The notes under the pieces: generated by a model
What the model saw: the letters and a program-made list of their open reading frames with translations, nothing else
The model's database searches: none
Told to the model about the DNA's origin: nothing
NCBI GenBank assembly: GCA_024280885.1
Contig: JAJRPF010000070.1
Location: forward strand, 107,861-171,860
Length of the DNA stretch: 64,000 bases
DNA from: Planctomycetota bacterium
GTDB lineage: Bacteria; Planctomycetota; JAJSAM01; JAJVHW01
Direction: 5' to 3'
In this document: one piece after another, positions 28,342 through 38,773 of the stretch
Layout of the letters: the number at the start of each line of letters is the position of its first letter
Position numbering within the stretch: the stretch's first letter is position 1
Position numbers and translations under genes: made by a program

Positions 28342-29896
28342 CGGGAGCTATCGACATGTCACCATGGCTCCGGGACGCCTCGATGGACTGATCGCAACTC
28401 GCGATGGCTACTTCCGCGCCGAGATCGTCGGACCCCGCAGCGGCGGCCTCAGACTCCCGCCCGGAGGGTCGCGGATCCTGGACGCCGCGCTGCGTCGCGG
28501 CGGGTCGGCACGAGGGCGCGTGACCGTGGATGGTCTGCCCGCGAGCGGGGTGCGTGTGACGGCAATGCGCCCCACCCTGCCGTGGCCGCCGGTGGCCAGC
28601 GCGACGACCGGCACCGACGGCCGGTTCGAAATGCGGTCGCTTCTGGACGAAGCGCTGCATTTCTCGGCTCGTGTTCCGATGCCCGGAGGTCCCGCTCTCG
28701 TGCTGGCCCCCACAACGGGGGTGGACGCTGTTCAGATGGCGGCGGGCGCGGCGCCGCTCGAGGTCAACTTTGTCGGGACCTCCGTACCGGTGACGACGGT
28801 TGCAATCAGCGGGCGCGTCGTCGATCCGGAGGGGGCACCGATCGCCGACGCTGCGATCGGCCGGTACGGGGCGTCGTCTGCTGCCGATGGATCGTTCATG
28901 CTCATGCTCTCGCTTGCACTCCCGATCTCGAACGAGCCGCGTCAGGTCGTGATCTCCCACAGGGACTTCGCATACGCGCTTCTCGCGGTACCCGACGGGG
29001 CAAGGGATCGCGAAGACGTCGGAGAGATCGTCCTCCGGCGTCCGGCTCTGGTGCGTGGTCGCATCCTGGACTCTCGTGAGGTGCCGATCGTAGGCGCCGA
29101 TGTCTGGTTCGGTGAAGACCGCGGCGCGTCTGGCGGACCGGCGTGGACTTCGCCCGCGAGCCGCGCACCGGGACCGACGAGGACTGACGCGCGAGGCGAC
29201 TTCGAGCTCCGGCTCCCTTGGGCGTCCGGGCGCTATCGACTGCGCGCGCGCGCCGCCGGCCATGCGACCGCCGAGTCCGCGACGATCGACCATCCGGGCG
29301 CACCCACGATCCCCGTCGTCGATCTCGTCCTGCAGCCCGCCGAGGTCTTGCGCGGGAGGGTTGTGAACGCGCGGACCGGGACGCCCGTTCCGGGTGCGCG
29401 CTTGGGTCTGGTCTCACTCACGCGGTTCTCCGGCGCCAACAGCGCGGCGGCGTGGGTCCGGCAGGGCTCTCACCCGGTCGTCGCACGCACGGATGCCGGT
29501 GGAGCGTTCACGATCGGGGACCTCGATCCGGGTGGCTACGTCGTGGGGGCCCTGGCGGACGGCTACGCCTCGGCAGACGTGGCTGTGTCTGCGCCGGTCG
29601 AAGCCCCGCTCGTGTTGCGCCTTGAGCCTCTCTTCGAGATCAGTGGCACGGTGATCGCCGCCGACGGAACGTCCGCCGTAGGGGTCCGCATCCGCGCCGG
29701 CAACGGCGGCGGCCGCGAGGGAGACCGCTCTCGGGGGATCACCGACGCGAACGGCGAATTCCGCCTTCGTGGGCTGCTCTCCGGCGCGTACTCGGTCGTC
29801 GCCGTCGGTACCGGCGGCCACCTCCTCCGCGTCCCAGCGGGCACACATGACGTTCGTGTCGTCATCCCGGCGCCGGCAAACCGTGAGCACGAGTGA
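28310..29896 (+). CDS. Carboxypeptidase-regulatory-like repeat protein; probable continuation of the ECF-sigma fusion after a frameshift
   Basis: Domain pattern continues into the second frame (...RVTTAVDGSYRHVTMAPGRLDGLIATRDGYF...) with no credible independent start. Multiple repeats of the form GxVxDxxGxPxxGAxVxL...TDxxGxFxL. Confidence 0.5.
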   Translation, partial: PCECRVTTAVDGSYRHVTMAPGRLDGLIATRDGYFRAEIVGPRSGGLRLPPGGSRILDAALRRGGSARGRVTVDGLPASGVRVTAMRPTLPWPPVASATTGTDGRFEMRSLLDEALHFSARVPMPGGPALVLAPTTGVDAVQMAAGAAPLEVNFVGTSVPVTTVAISGRVVDPEGAPIADAAIGRYGASSAADGSFMLMLSLALPISNEPRQVVISHRDFAYALLAVPDGARDREDVGEIVLRRPALVRGRILDSREVPIVGADVWFGEDRGASGGPAWTSPASRAPGPTRTDARGDFELRLPWASGRYRLRARAAGHATAESATIDHPGAPTIPVVDLVLQPAEVLRGRVVNARTGTPVPGARLGLVSLTRFSGANSAAAWVRQGSHPVVARTDAGGAFTIGDLDPGGYVVGALADGYASADVAVSAPVEAPLVLRLEPLFEISGTVIAADGTSAVGVRIRAGNGGGREGDRSRGITDANGEFRLRGLLSGAYSVVAVGTGGHLLRVPAGTHDVRVVIPAPANREHE

Positions 29897-29946
29897 CGCA
29901 GCGCGTCCCGTGGCGACTTGCCCTCGCACGGGCATGCGTATAGACT

Positions 29947-30294
29947 ATGCGCATGCTGTCATCTCGTGTGCATCTTCTCCTGGAGCCGAGTGAGCGTGAG
30001 CGTTTCGTGCGTGCCGCCGATCGTTGTGGCGAGTCACTGAGTACGTGGCTGCGGCGAGCCGGTCGCGAGCGATTGGAGCGCGAGGACCGCAGCGGCGTCA
30101 TGTCGGTGTCCGAACTGCGCGCATTCTTCGCGGACTGCAATGCGCGTGACGACGGCGTGCCGGAGCCGGATTGGGACGAGCAGAAGCGCGTGATCGAGTG
30201 CTCGGTCCGCTCTGGCGCGGGCGACGCCGGAACGACTGACTCGGAGACGCCTGATGTCGCCAGCTGCGAGACGCGAGAGCGTGGCGAGTCGTGA
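29947..30294 (+). CDS. vapB: Ribbon-helix-helix antitoxin (VapB-like)
   Basis: RVHLLLEPSERERFVRAADRCGESLSTWLRRAGRERLE is RHH-like. Stop overlaps the GTG start of a PIN gene. Confidence 0.6.
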   Translation: MRMLSSRVHLLLEPSERERFVRAADRCGESLSTWLRRAGRERLEREDRSGVMSVSELRAFFADCNARDDGVPEPDWDEQKRVIECSVRSGAGDAGTTDSETPDVASCETRERGES

Positions 30295-30674
30295 TCTTCG
30301 TCGATACCAACGTGTTCATGTATGCGGTCGGCGGGAGGCACCCGTTGCGCGCGCAGGCGCAGGCGTTCTTCACCGCGAGTCAAGGACCGGGCGGCGAGCC
30401 GCTGTGTACGTCTGCCGAGGTGCTCCAGGAACTGCTGCACGCGTATCTGGCGGTCGGGCGGACAAGCACTCTCGACGACGCGCTGCGTCTCGCGCGCAGC
30501 ACGATGGGCGAGGTCTTCGCGATCGAGGCCGACGACGTGCTCTTCGCTCGTGATCTGAACACATCTCTCCCGGGCCTGAGCGCGCGCGATCTCCTGCACG
30601 TCGCGACTTGCCGTCGCCGTGGGATCGACTCCGTCAAGACCTACGATCGCGCGCTGGCCGCCATTTTCGCGTAG
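30291..30674 (+). CDS. vapC: PIN-domain toxin VapC
   Basis: MIFVDTNVFMYA start with downstream acidic residues. Confidence 0.85.
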   Translation: MIFVDTNVFMYAVGGRHPLRAQAQAFFTASQGPGGEPLCTSAEVLQELLHAYLAVGRTSTLDDALRLARSTMGEVFAIEADDVLFARDLNTSLPGLSARDLLHVATCRRRGIDSVKTYDRALAAIFA

Positions 30675-30830
30675 TCGGGTTTGGGCCCAAGACCTGTCCT
30701 CGGCGTCGATGACGAGTCGTCGCCCATGCGTCCCGCCGCCGCTGACGGTTGGAGTCGGGACTCCGTACGCTTCCGCGTGATCGTCGACTTCGATCTGGCT
30801 CCGCGTTGCGTTCTCTGGTGACCTGCGTGC

Positions 30831-31904
30831 GTGCAGCGTGACTCTCGTCTCGATTCCCTGCGAGGGCTCGCCCTGGTCGTCATGACCGCGGTGCATCTGC
30901 CGTACTCGACACACCCATGGTTTTCCGGGTGGCTGGGGCTCGCCACGTTCGCACACGTCTTTGTCTTCCTGTCCGGGTTCGTGGCGGGGATGGTCTACGA
31001 GCACCGCGCGCCCGAGATGACGGATGCCGACGTGTGGCGGAAGACACTGAGGCGGGCTGGCGGAATCTGGGTGGCCAATGTCGTCGTGACAGCGCTCATG
31101 GCCGTGTACTTGACGTCGCTCGATCGAGTTGGCGTGTCGTACACCCCCTACGGTGCACAATTCCTCCACGCGCGACCGGTGCTCGGTGTCGGGCTCGCCG
31201 CCGCGATGATCTACCTCCCCGGATACACGCACATCCTGGCGATGTATGTGTTCTTTGTCGCGACGCTCGCGCCCGCGGTGATCGGGATCCGGCGGCGGCG
31301 AACCTGGCTCGTGCTCGGGGCGAGCGTCGCGCTCTGGGGTGCCGCCCAGGCAGGGCTACGTGATGTCTTCGAGTCCGAACTGCAGAAGCACGTACACACC
31401 CGCCTCGGTCATTTCGATGTGCTGGGGTGGCAGCTGCTCTTCATCGCGGGCGTTGTCCTCGGAGCCCTGCGGCAGCGGGGAGCCCTGAAGGCGATTCGCG
31501 TCTCCCTTCCGGTCGCGATCCCGACGCTGGCGGTACACGCTGTGCTGACCGCCATTCGCCACGGCTGGCGACCGGACTCGGAACTGTCCATCGTCGTCCA
31601 TCAGGTCGCAGACAACAACGTGCTCGGGCCGCTGCGCGTGTTCGATTTTGCCCTCGTCGCAATGCTCGGCGCAGACCTCATGCGCCGCTGGCCGCGCGCG
31701 ACATCGATCGGCGCTCTCTCCCTGCTCGGACGTCATTCGATGGCGGTCTTCATCTACCACATCGTGTTGGTGTACGCGGTCACGCCCTTCACTCTGCCCG
31801 CGTGGTTCCACGTGCCCGCGACAGTCGCTGCACTCACGAGCCTGGCGTTGCCCGCGTACTGGGCCGAGCGCCGCCGGGATGCGCGGCGTCTCCTCATGCA
31901 ATGA
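30831..31904 (+). CDS. Acyltransferase-3 / OpgC-like membrane protein
   Basis: RLDSLRGLALVVMTAVH start and ~10 TM helices. Confidence 0.65.
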   Translation: MQRDSRLDSLRGLALVVMTAVHLPYSTHPWFSGWLGLATFAHVFVFLSGFVAGMVYEHRAPEMTDADVWRKTLRRAGGIWVANVVVTALMAVYLTSLDRVGVSYTPYGAQFLHARPVLGVGLAAAMIYLPGYTHILAMYVFFVATLAPAVIGIRRRRTWLVLGASVALWGAAQAGLRDVFESELQKHVHTRLGHFDVLGWQLLFIAGVVLGALRQRGALKAIRVSLPVAIPTLAVHAVLTAIRHGWRPDSELSIVVHQVADNNVLGPLRVFDFALVAMLGADLMRRWPRATSIGALSLLGRHSMAVFIYHIVLVYAVTPFTLPAWFHVPATVAALTSLALPAYWAERRRDARRLLMQ

Positions 31905-31989
31905 CCGGTGTCGACGCGCGGCGATGTCTCAATCCGCCGACGGGCGCATTCCCGGTTCGTGCCGTCGCGAGCGCGCCGCGTCCCACCGC

Positions 31990-32949
31990 TCAGAGCTGGG
32001 CGAAGCGGACGGCGCGGCGCAGGGTCTTGGCGCCCATCAGGAGTGCGGCCGTTGCGAGGACGAGCGTGCCCACCTGGTCGAGGAAGGCGTTCACGGGCTC
32101 GCGAAACGCTTTCAGTTCTTCGAGTTCCGGTACCTGCATGAGCGGGTCGCCGTTCAGGAGGTAGAGCATCAGGATGACCCCGAGGAAGCCGTGGATCGCG
32201 TCAGCGGCAACCGGAATGCGTCGTTCGCCGAGCGCCGTGTAGAGCAGGTCTTTTCCAGCTGCCAGCACGAAGAGGCCGGTCACGAGCGAGACGACGCTCG
32301 CCGACCAGTTTGTGAAGAGCGGATAGGCGCGACCGCCGCTGATCACGACGAAGACGTCGTCGCGAAAGACGGTAATGAGCATCGCGAAGAGCAGCGCGAG
32401 GACCGCGCGCCCGAGGGCATGCCGTCTGCGGGCCTCGACCGCGAACGACGACGAAGCCGCCGTGAGAGGTCCGGCGAACGCGCCGCTGACCCCGTAGACC
32501 GCGGTCACGAGACCCAGGTCGACCAAACCGGCATGGACAGCGGCTGCGACGAGACTGAGGAGACCGTTCGGTCCGACCGGTGCGATCTCGAAGAGCCCGA
32601 CGTGAAACGGGCGCGAGAGCGCGGTGGCAATTCCGATCAGAATGAGATGCACGATGAGCACGAGGCCGGTATGGAAGAGGAAGGCGCGGAACGCCTCGGG
32701 GGCGACCAGGTAACGGGCCGGGGTGTAGGACGCTGCAATGGTCTCGGGCGCGCCGATCTCGTCGATCGCGCGTCGGATCAATGCGTCGTCAACCGCGCCC
32801 TGATCCCCCTCGGCGAGGCGGTCGGCGCGGTCGAGAACGGCCCCCTCGAGCTCCATGAGGATGTCTTTGGCGTCGCGCAGCGGGAGGTGCGGGCGCACCT
32901 TCCCCAGGAACTCACGAAGAGCGGGACTCCGGGTCTGCGTCTGCACCAT
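31990..32949 (-). CDS. DUF1700-like (HAAS) membrane protein, PadR partner
   Basis: N-terminal ...LREFLGKVRPHLPLRDAKDILMELEGAVLDRADRLAEGD... followed by multiple TM helices. Immediately downstream of PadR. Confidence 0.55.
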   Translation of the reverse strand: MVQTQTRSPALREFLGKVRPHLPLRDAKDILMELEGAVLDRADRLAEGDQGAVDDALIRRAIDEIGAPETIAASYTPARYLVAPEAFRAFLFHTGLVLIVHLILIGIATALSRPFHVGLFEIAPVGPNGLLSLVAAAVHAGLVDLGLVTAVYGVSGAFAGPLTAASSSFAVEARRRHALGRAVLALLFAMLITVFRDDVFVVISGGRAYPLFTNWSASVVSLVTGLFVLAAGKDLLYTALGERRIPVAADAIHGFLGVILMLYLLNGDPLMQVPELEELKAFREPVNAFLDQVGTLVLATAALLMGAKTLRRAVRFAQL

Positions 32950-33258
32950 CGTTCGTGCGGCCTCCGACTCGGTCGAGCACGTTCACGAGTGCCCGATCCA
33001 CCGCTGCCCATTCCGCGATCAGCGCGACCTGGACTGCTCTTCCACTATCGGTCGTCCGGTAGTACTTCCTTGGGCGCGATCCGGAGGTATCCCACTCGCT
33101 CTCGAGGAGACCCTCTTTCTCGAGTCGCCGCAGGACGGGGTAGAGTGTGCCTTCTTCCGTGCGTAATCCGGCAGTGCCGAGCACGTTGAGGAGGTCGTAG
33201 CCGTAACTGGGCGAGCGTAGCAGCGAAAGCACGGCGAGCTGGAGCACGCCGCGCTTCA
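32912..33258 (-). CDS. PadR family transcriptional regulator
   Basis: MKRGVLQLAVLSLLRSPSYGYDLLNVLGTAGLRTEEGTLYPVLRRLEKEGLLESEW. The rest of the track ORF to 34135 is shadow. Confidence 0.8.
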
Positions 33259-33421
33259 TCTCAGCAAATGCGCGATCCTGGAAGGATGATCCCAAGCAGT
33301 CAAACCTCTCAATCCACGATATCGTGTGTTCCGAGGTATTTCCTGAATAGCCCCCCGGAAACGCCTCCCGAATTGTGCGCCTCATTCGTCGGAGACAGAG
33401 AAACCGACTGAGCCTGCTACG

Positions 33422-34900
33422 ATGACCGCTCCCATGAGACTCCTTCGCACTGCCGCCGCCGCTCTCCTGCTCTTCGCCGCGTGTGGCGTGGCGCGGGCGG
33501 ATCTCGATGCCGAGGCGCTGCTGCGTGAGCTCGGGGCCGACTCGGCCCACGTTCGGCGACGATCGCGGCTCCGATTGGAGATGGCGGACGACGTGACGTC
33601 CGCCGCAGTGGTGGCAGCGCTCGTCGCCGCGCGCGCTGGAGACCACCCGGACGCGATCCCGGAGTTGCTCGCGCTGGCTGGCGCGCGCGGGTTCACCGCG
33701 GTGGGGGATGTCGCTGTCAACATTGCGCAGGACGAGGATCCGATTCTCGCCGAGGCGGCGCTGCGATGTCTCGTCATGCTGGGGCCGGATCACGCCCGGA
33801 GCGGGATCGCGGCTCTCGGAGTCGCGCGGCCGGACTCCGGTGTCGCGACGACCACTCTCTCTGCGTCGATCGTTGGGGCCCGTCGGGATCGACTGCAAGC
33901 ACTTGCGATTCAGGACGCCGTCGAGCTGGATCTCTTCCAGCGCTGGCGACGCAAGGGCGGCACGTACGAGGGGCGTTTCGCGTTGCTGAAGCGCCACGGG
34001 TGGGCCGCGCAGCCGGTGCTCTTCGCGATGCTGCTCGACGTGCCGCTCGAGGATCGCTTCCTCGCGCTTCCCGAGGACCGCGAGCCCTCGCTCGGGGAGC
34101 GCTTCATCGTCCTGCGCGAGATCCTGCGCTCCCATCGTCGCGGTTACCGAACGTTCCGGCAGTTACCGCGGGATCTGAACGCCGACGACCTCTTCGACCT
34201 CTCAGCGCAGGCGTTGATGGACGTCGCAGACATGGACGTGCTCGGCGATGTCCTCGATGCCATCGCACAGACGCTCGAGAACGCACACGATCGCTACCGC
34301 TGGAACATCGGGTTTCAGTTGCGTCCGTGGGAGGACAGCTACGCCGAGGTTCTCGGTGAGATCCTCGCGGCGCACGATCGCAAGGAACGGCTCGCACGAC
34401 GCGCAGAGCGCATCGAAACCGCAGCGCGTGACTCGCGGCGGATCGCGATGCGCGTCCCGAAGGAGCTGCGGGCCCGAGCCCTGTTCTCGTACGCGCGCGA
34501 TCTCACTGACCTGGCGGGCGTGCTGCACCGCATGCGCGAGTTCGACCGCGCTGCCGCCGTGTACGCCGAGTCCATTCGCGTCTCGACGGAGCTCGGTGGC
34601 GAGGCACCGACGATCGCTGCCTACAATCGCGCGTGTGCTCTGGCGCGGGCGGGGCATGTCGATGACGCTCTCAAGCAACTGGACGTCGCGCTCCAATCCG
34701 ATCTCACGGACCTCCGGCGCGGGTGGGTCGAGGAGGACGGAGATCTGCGTACTCTCCGCGACGATGCGCGCTTCCAGGAGATCCTCGATCGACACTTCGG
34801 ACGTGAGAGCGGAAGTGCGAGCGGGGCGGCAGACACGGACTCGCCGGCGCCAGCTGCGGACGGTGGCGGCGGCACGTCAGGATCGCAGTCGGGCGAGTAG
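33422..34900 (+). CDS. Secreted alpha-helical repeat (HEAT/TPR-like) hypothetical protein
   Basis: Signal peptide MRLLRTAAAALLLFAACGVARA. Remainder helical and Arg/Asp/Leu-rich but not shadow-like. Confidence 0.55.
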   Translation: MTAPMRLLRTAAAALLLFAACGVARADLDAEALLRELGADSAHVRRRSRLRLEMADDVTSAAVVAALVAARAGDHPDAIPELLALAGARGFTAVGDVAVNIAQDEDPILAEAALRCLVMLGPDHARSGIAALGVARPDSGVATTTLSASIVGARRDRLQALAIQDAVELDLFQRWRRKGGTYEGRFALLKRHGWAAQPVLFAMLLDVPLEDRFLALPEDREPSLGERFIVLREILRSHRRGYRTFRQLPRDLNADDLFDLSAQALMDVADMDVLGDVLDAIAQTLENAHDRYRWNIGFQLRPWEDSYAEVLGEILAAHDRKERLARRAERIETAARDSRRIAMRVPKELRARALFSYARDLTDLAGVLHRMREFDRAAAVYAESIRVSTELGGEAPTIAAYNRACALARAGHVDDALKQLDVALQSDLTDLRRGWVEEDGDLRTLRDDARFQEILDRHFGRESGSASGAADTDSPAPAADGGGGTSGSQSGE

Positions 34901-35773
34901 GAAGCGCAACCCGACGTAGACGAGGATCAACCAGAAACCTGCGTCGTACCACGTGGCTCCCATCAGCCACGCAGCGTCCACCAGCAGGAAGCCGAACACG
35001 GCCCGTCGGATGAGAGCGCCCAGTCCCGGTCCGTCCGGGATCTGCGCATCGCGCGCGCCAGAGACGAGCGTCGCGGCGAGCGCGAAGAGCGGCAGTGCGG
35101 GCGCCCACCACCAGCGCGCGGCGAAGAGCGGCCACGCGAGTGCAGCGGGAAGGATGAGGATCAGGGCCAGGCCGCCCGCGAGAACGGCGGTCGGCCTGCG
35201 CTCCTCGAATGTGCTCGCATACGTGAGGAGCACTGTGTAGCCGCCGACGGCGATCGGATAGGCGAGCGCGCCCGGACTGGGAGCGCCCAGCGCCACCTCA
35301 ACCGTGAGGGCCGACGCGAGCATCCCGGCCGCCGCATTGGATGCCCGTGCGCCGCCCATCAGCAACGACCCGGGTACGCGCCAGCGCTTCCCGCCGATGT
35401 CGTAGAGGAGCGCGCAGAGAGCGGCCGCGCCCATGGCGACGCCCGCGGCAGGTCCGGCCATGGCGAGTGCGACGAGGGGCCCCGCAACGAGGAGCCCGAG
35501 CCCGAGTGCGATGGCGGTCGCGCGCGTGACGTCGCCCGCCGGGATCGGGCGCCCCGGATGCAACGCGCGGTCGCGCTCTGCGTCGCAAGCGTCGTTCAGT
35601 ACCACGCCGCCGAGATAGACGAGGACGGCCGAACTGGCGATTGCGGCCGCTGCCAATCGCGTGCCGTCCCCGCCGGCCCTGCGCACGAGCAGGAAGCCCG
35701 TCACGGCGTTCGCGGCCGCGGTCAGCGCCCCGGGCCAGCGCAGGAGTCGAAGACAGCCCGTGAGCGTGGACAT
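34877..35773 (-). CDS. UbiA-family prenyltransferase
   Basis: NDACDAERD (NDxxDxxxD) and polytopic membrane character. Confidence 0.75.
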   Translation of the reverse strand: MSTLTGCLRLLRWPGALTAAANAVTGFLLVRRAGGDGTRLAAAAIASSAVLVYLGGVVLNDACDAERDRALHPGRPIPAGDVTRATAIALGLGLLVAGPLVALAMAGPAAGVAMGAAALCALLYDIGGKRWRVPGSLLMGGARASNAAAGMLASALTVEVALGAPSPGALAYPIAVGGYTVLLTYASTFEERRPTAVLAGGLALILILPAALAWPLFAARWWWAPALPLFALAATLVSGARDAQIPDGPGLGALIRRAVFGFLLVDAAWLMGATWYDAGFWLILVYVGLRFLLARLRS

Positions 35774-35783
35774 GAAGGTCCTT

Positions 35784-37622
35784 CTACAGCCTGGAGAGAT
35801 CGTTCGCGACGACGAAGACCATCAGTGTGAGCAGCAGGATGAGGCCCGCCCATTGCAGCCCCTCCTGCACGATGCTCGGCAGTGGGCGGCCGCGGATGCG
35901 CTCGGCGGTGTACATGGCAAGTTGTCCGCCGTCGAGCATCGGGATCGGCAGCACGTTCAGGACCGCGAGGTTCATGCTGATGAAGCCGAGGAAGAGCAGG
36001 AACTGCCCCAGTCCGGACTCGGCCTGGCTGTATGTAGCCTGCGCGATGGCGATCGGTCCAGCGAGGTTCTTGGGACTGACTCGGCCTGTGAAGAGTGACG
36101 ACAGCGTCGTGAGGATGCGGCCGACCCAACGCTGTGTCCGGCGCATCCCGAGTGCCACCGCGGCGACCACGTCGGTCTCCTGCACGATTGTCATGCGCTG
36201 GCCGACGCGCATGCCTGGGTCGGCGCGGGACTCCACTGTCACCGGCGCGATGTCGGCCGCGTGCTCCGTCCCGTCCTGGTCCACCCAGCGTACGTTCAGG
36301 GCGCGTGCGTCCTCGCCTGCGGCTTTGACAGCGGCAACCAACTCCGGCAGCCCGTCGATCGAGTCGCCGTCGGCTTCGACGATCTGCGAGCCGGCCTTGA
36401 TGCCGGCAGCGTGAGCAGGGCCCGTCGCCTGCCCGTCGAGACTCGGTGAGACGATCAGGCCGCTGGTCCGATCGGGCGCGAGCGAGGCGACGAATGCCGC
36501 CGCGTCAGCGCCGATCGCGATTTCCACTGTGGCGCCGTCGCGCTCGACCGCGCACGTGGATGCACCCGTGGATGCAGCCGTGGACCCATCGGTGCCGCGC
36601 TTGTCGCCCGTGATGCGCGCGACGAACTCCGACACCGTGGTGACGGCTTGACCGTCAACGGTGACGGGGCGGTCCCCACGTTGCAGGCCTGCCCGCGCCG
36701 CGACGCCGTCTCGTCGCACTGCGCCGATCCGCAACGCATCGTGCAGGACACCGATCAGGTACGTGTCCTGCATCGGCGACGTGACGGAGACGTCGATGCG
36801 CTCGCCATCGCGCTCCACGGTGAACACACCGGAGTCCTTGGCGTCGTAGAGTGCGAGAGCCGCGCGCGCCGATGTGACCGGTGCGCCGTCGAAGAGGACG
36901 ACGTGGTCGCGGTCCTCGAGACCCGCCTCCTCCGCCACGGAATCCGGAACGATCCGTACAGAGGGGGAGTTGTCGAACGCCGGGCCGACACCGATGCGGC
37001 GCAGGCCGCCGCTCGCCTCCTGCGTCTCGATACGCATGACCGGCAGCAGCTCGCCGTTGCGTCGGATCTCGACATCGACGACCTCGACGAGAGCTACGTC
37101 CTGCACGACATCTCGAAACTCGATGATCTCCTTGCCGTCGAGCGTGACGATCTCGTCGTCGGGCAGAATGCCGTGTTCCCACGCGGGCGCGCCGGGCATG
37201 ACCGTTCCGACGATGGGCGCGGGCAGGTCCACGCCGATCGAGAAGGTCCACACGAAGAGCAGGAACGCGACGAGCACGTTCATCGCGACGCCTGCGAGCA
37301 GGATCGCGGCCTTGCGTGGATACGTAGCGGACTGGAACGAGTCGGGTGCCGGCTCGGCCTCTTCATCGGGGTTCTCGCCGAGAAATTTGACGTAGCCGCC
37401 AAGGGGGATCGGCGCCAGTCGGTACTCCGTGGCGCCAGGCGTCCACTTGAGGAGCGCTGGCCCGAAGCCGATCGAGAAGATCTCGGCTCGGACGCCACAC
37501 CAGCGCCCGACGAGGAAGTGCCCGAGCTCGTGCACGAAGATCAACCCGCCGATTCCGAAGATCGTCTTCAAGACGTTCAGCACGGGGTCGAGGGAATCGA
37601 GGGCCGCCAGAACCGTCAGCAC
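35784..37622 (-). CDS. rseP: RIP zinc metalloprotease RseP (site-2 protease, multi-PDZ)
   Basis: HELGHFLV, PDZ domains, C-terminal LDGG. Confidence 0.85.
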   Translation of the reverse strand: MLTVLAALDSLDPVLNVLKTIFGIGGLIFVHELGHFLVGRWCGVRAEIFSIGFGPALLKWTPGATEYRLAPIPLGGYVKFLGENPDEEAEPAPDSFQSATYPRKAAILLAGVAMNVLVAFLLFVWTFSIGVDLPAPIVGTVMPGAPAWEHGILPDDEIVTLDGKEIIEFRDVVQDVALVEVVDVEIRRNGELLPVMRIETQEASGGLRRIGVGPAFDNSPSVRIVPDSVAEEAGLEDRDHVVLFDGAPVTSARAALALYDAKDSGVFTVERDGERIDVSVTSPMQDTYLIGVLHDALRIGAVRRDGVAARAGLQRGDRPVTVDGQAVTTVSEFVARITGDKRGTDGSTAASTGASTCAVERDGATVEIAIGADAAAFVASLAPDRTSGLIVSPSLDGQATGPAHAAGIKAGSQIVEADGDSIDGLPELVAAVKAAGEDARALNVRWVDQDGTEHAADIAPVTVESRADPGMRVGQRMTIVQETDVVAAVALGMRRTQRWVGRILTTLSSLFTGRVSPKNLAGPIAIAQATYSQAESGLGQFLLFLGFISMNLAVLNVLPIPMLDGGQLAMYTAERIRGRPLPSIVQEGLQWAGLILLLTLMVFVVANDLSRL

Positions 37623-38773
37623 GTGTGTACCTCCAGGCGCGCCGCAGCATCGGCGGCGCGTAACTCGTCGAGCGTCGCGGCGGTCGCCACGTCGCCCTCG
37701 GGACAGAGACTGTCCATCGTTCGGCGAACGCGTTCCACGATCTCCGTGAATGCGATCTTGCCGCTCAGGAACAACTCGACTGCGACCTCGTCAGCCGCGT
37801 TCATCACGGCGCCCGCGATCCCGCCCGAGCGTGCCGCGCGATAGCCGAGCGCAAGTGCCGGATAGCGCTCGGGATCGACCGCGCGGAAGCTCAACTCTGC
37901 GTAGTCACCGAGCGAGAAGCGCACTGCGTCGTACTCCGGTCGATCCGGGTACGCGAGCGCGAAGAGCACGGGCAGCCGCATGTCAGGCCGACTCATCTGT
38001 GCCATCACGCTGCCGTCCCGGAATTCCACCATGGAGTGGACGATTGACTGCCGGTGGATGAGCACGTCAATCCGCTCGGGCGGCACGTCGAAGAGGACGT
38101 GGGCCTCGGCGACTTCGAGCGCCTTGTTCATCATCGTGGCCGAGTCGACCGTGATCCGAGGCCCCATACTCCAGGTCGGATGGCGGAGCGCCTCGTCCGG
38201 CGTTGCTGCGGCGAGCGACTCAAGCGGTCGGTCGCGAAAGGAGCCGCCACTGGCGGTCAGGATGATTCGTTCGACCTCGGATGGACGCCCCGAGCGCAAG
38301 CACTGGAAGATGGCGGAGTGCTCACTGTCCACGGGGACCACCGTCGAGCCATGGCGCGCTGCGAGGTCCATCAGCAGTGGCCCTGCGACGACGAGGCTCT
38401 CCTTGTTCGCGAGACCGACGACGACGCCGCGTTCGAGCGCAGCCAGCGTCGTCTGAAGCGCCGCCGCACCTACGGTCGCCTGCACGATGACGTCCACGTC
38501 GACGCGACGCACCAGTTCCAGCGCCGCTCCGGCTCCCCCGAGCACCTCGATGTCGGTGCCGGCGAGCAACTCGCGCGCCCGTGCGGCCGCCGCCTCGTCC
38601 TCCAACGCGATGATCCGTGCGCCGTGCGTGCGGGCCTGCTCCGCCAGTGCAACGGCGCTCGACCGAGCCGCCAATGCGACGACCTCGAAGCGCTCCGGTA
38701 GGCTCCGGGCGACGTCAAGGGTGCTCTTTCCGACGGAGCCGGTGGAGCCGAGCAGGAGGACGCGTCGTTTCAT
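37616..38773 (-). CDS. dxr: 1-deoxy-D-xylulose 5-phosphate reductoisomerase
   Basis: LGSTGSVG, LANKESLV and DSEHSAIFQ motifs. Confidence 0.9.
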   Translation of the reverse strand: MKRRVLLLGSTGSVGKSTLDVARSLPERFEVVALAARSSAVALAEQARTHGARIIALEDEAAAARARELLAGTDIEVLGGAGAALELVRRVDVDVIVQATVGAAALQTTLAALERGVVVGLANKESLVVAGPLLMDLAARHGSTVVPVDSEHSAIFQCLRSGRPSEVERIILTASGGSFRDRPLESLAAATPDEALRHPTWSMGPRITVDSATMMNKALEVAEAHVLFDVPPERIDVLIHRQSIVHSMVEFRDGSVMAQMSRPDMRLPVLFALAYPDRPEYDAVRFSLGDYAELSFRAVDPERYPALALGYRAARSGGIAGAVMNAADEVAVELFLSGKIAFTEIVERVRRTMDSLCPEGDVATAATLDELRAADAAARLEVHTC

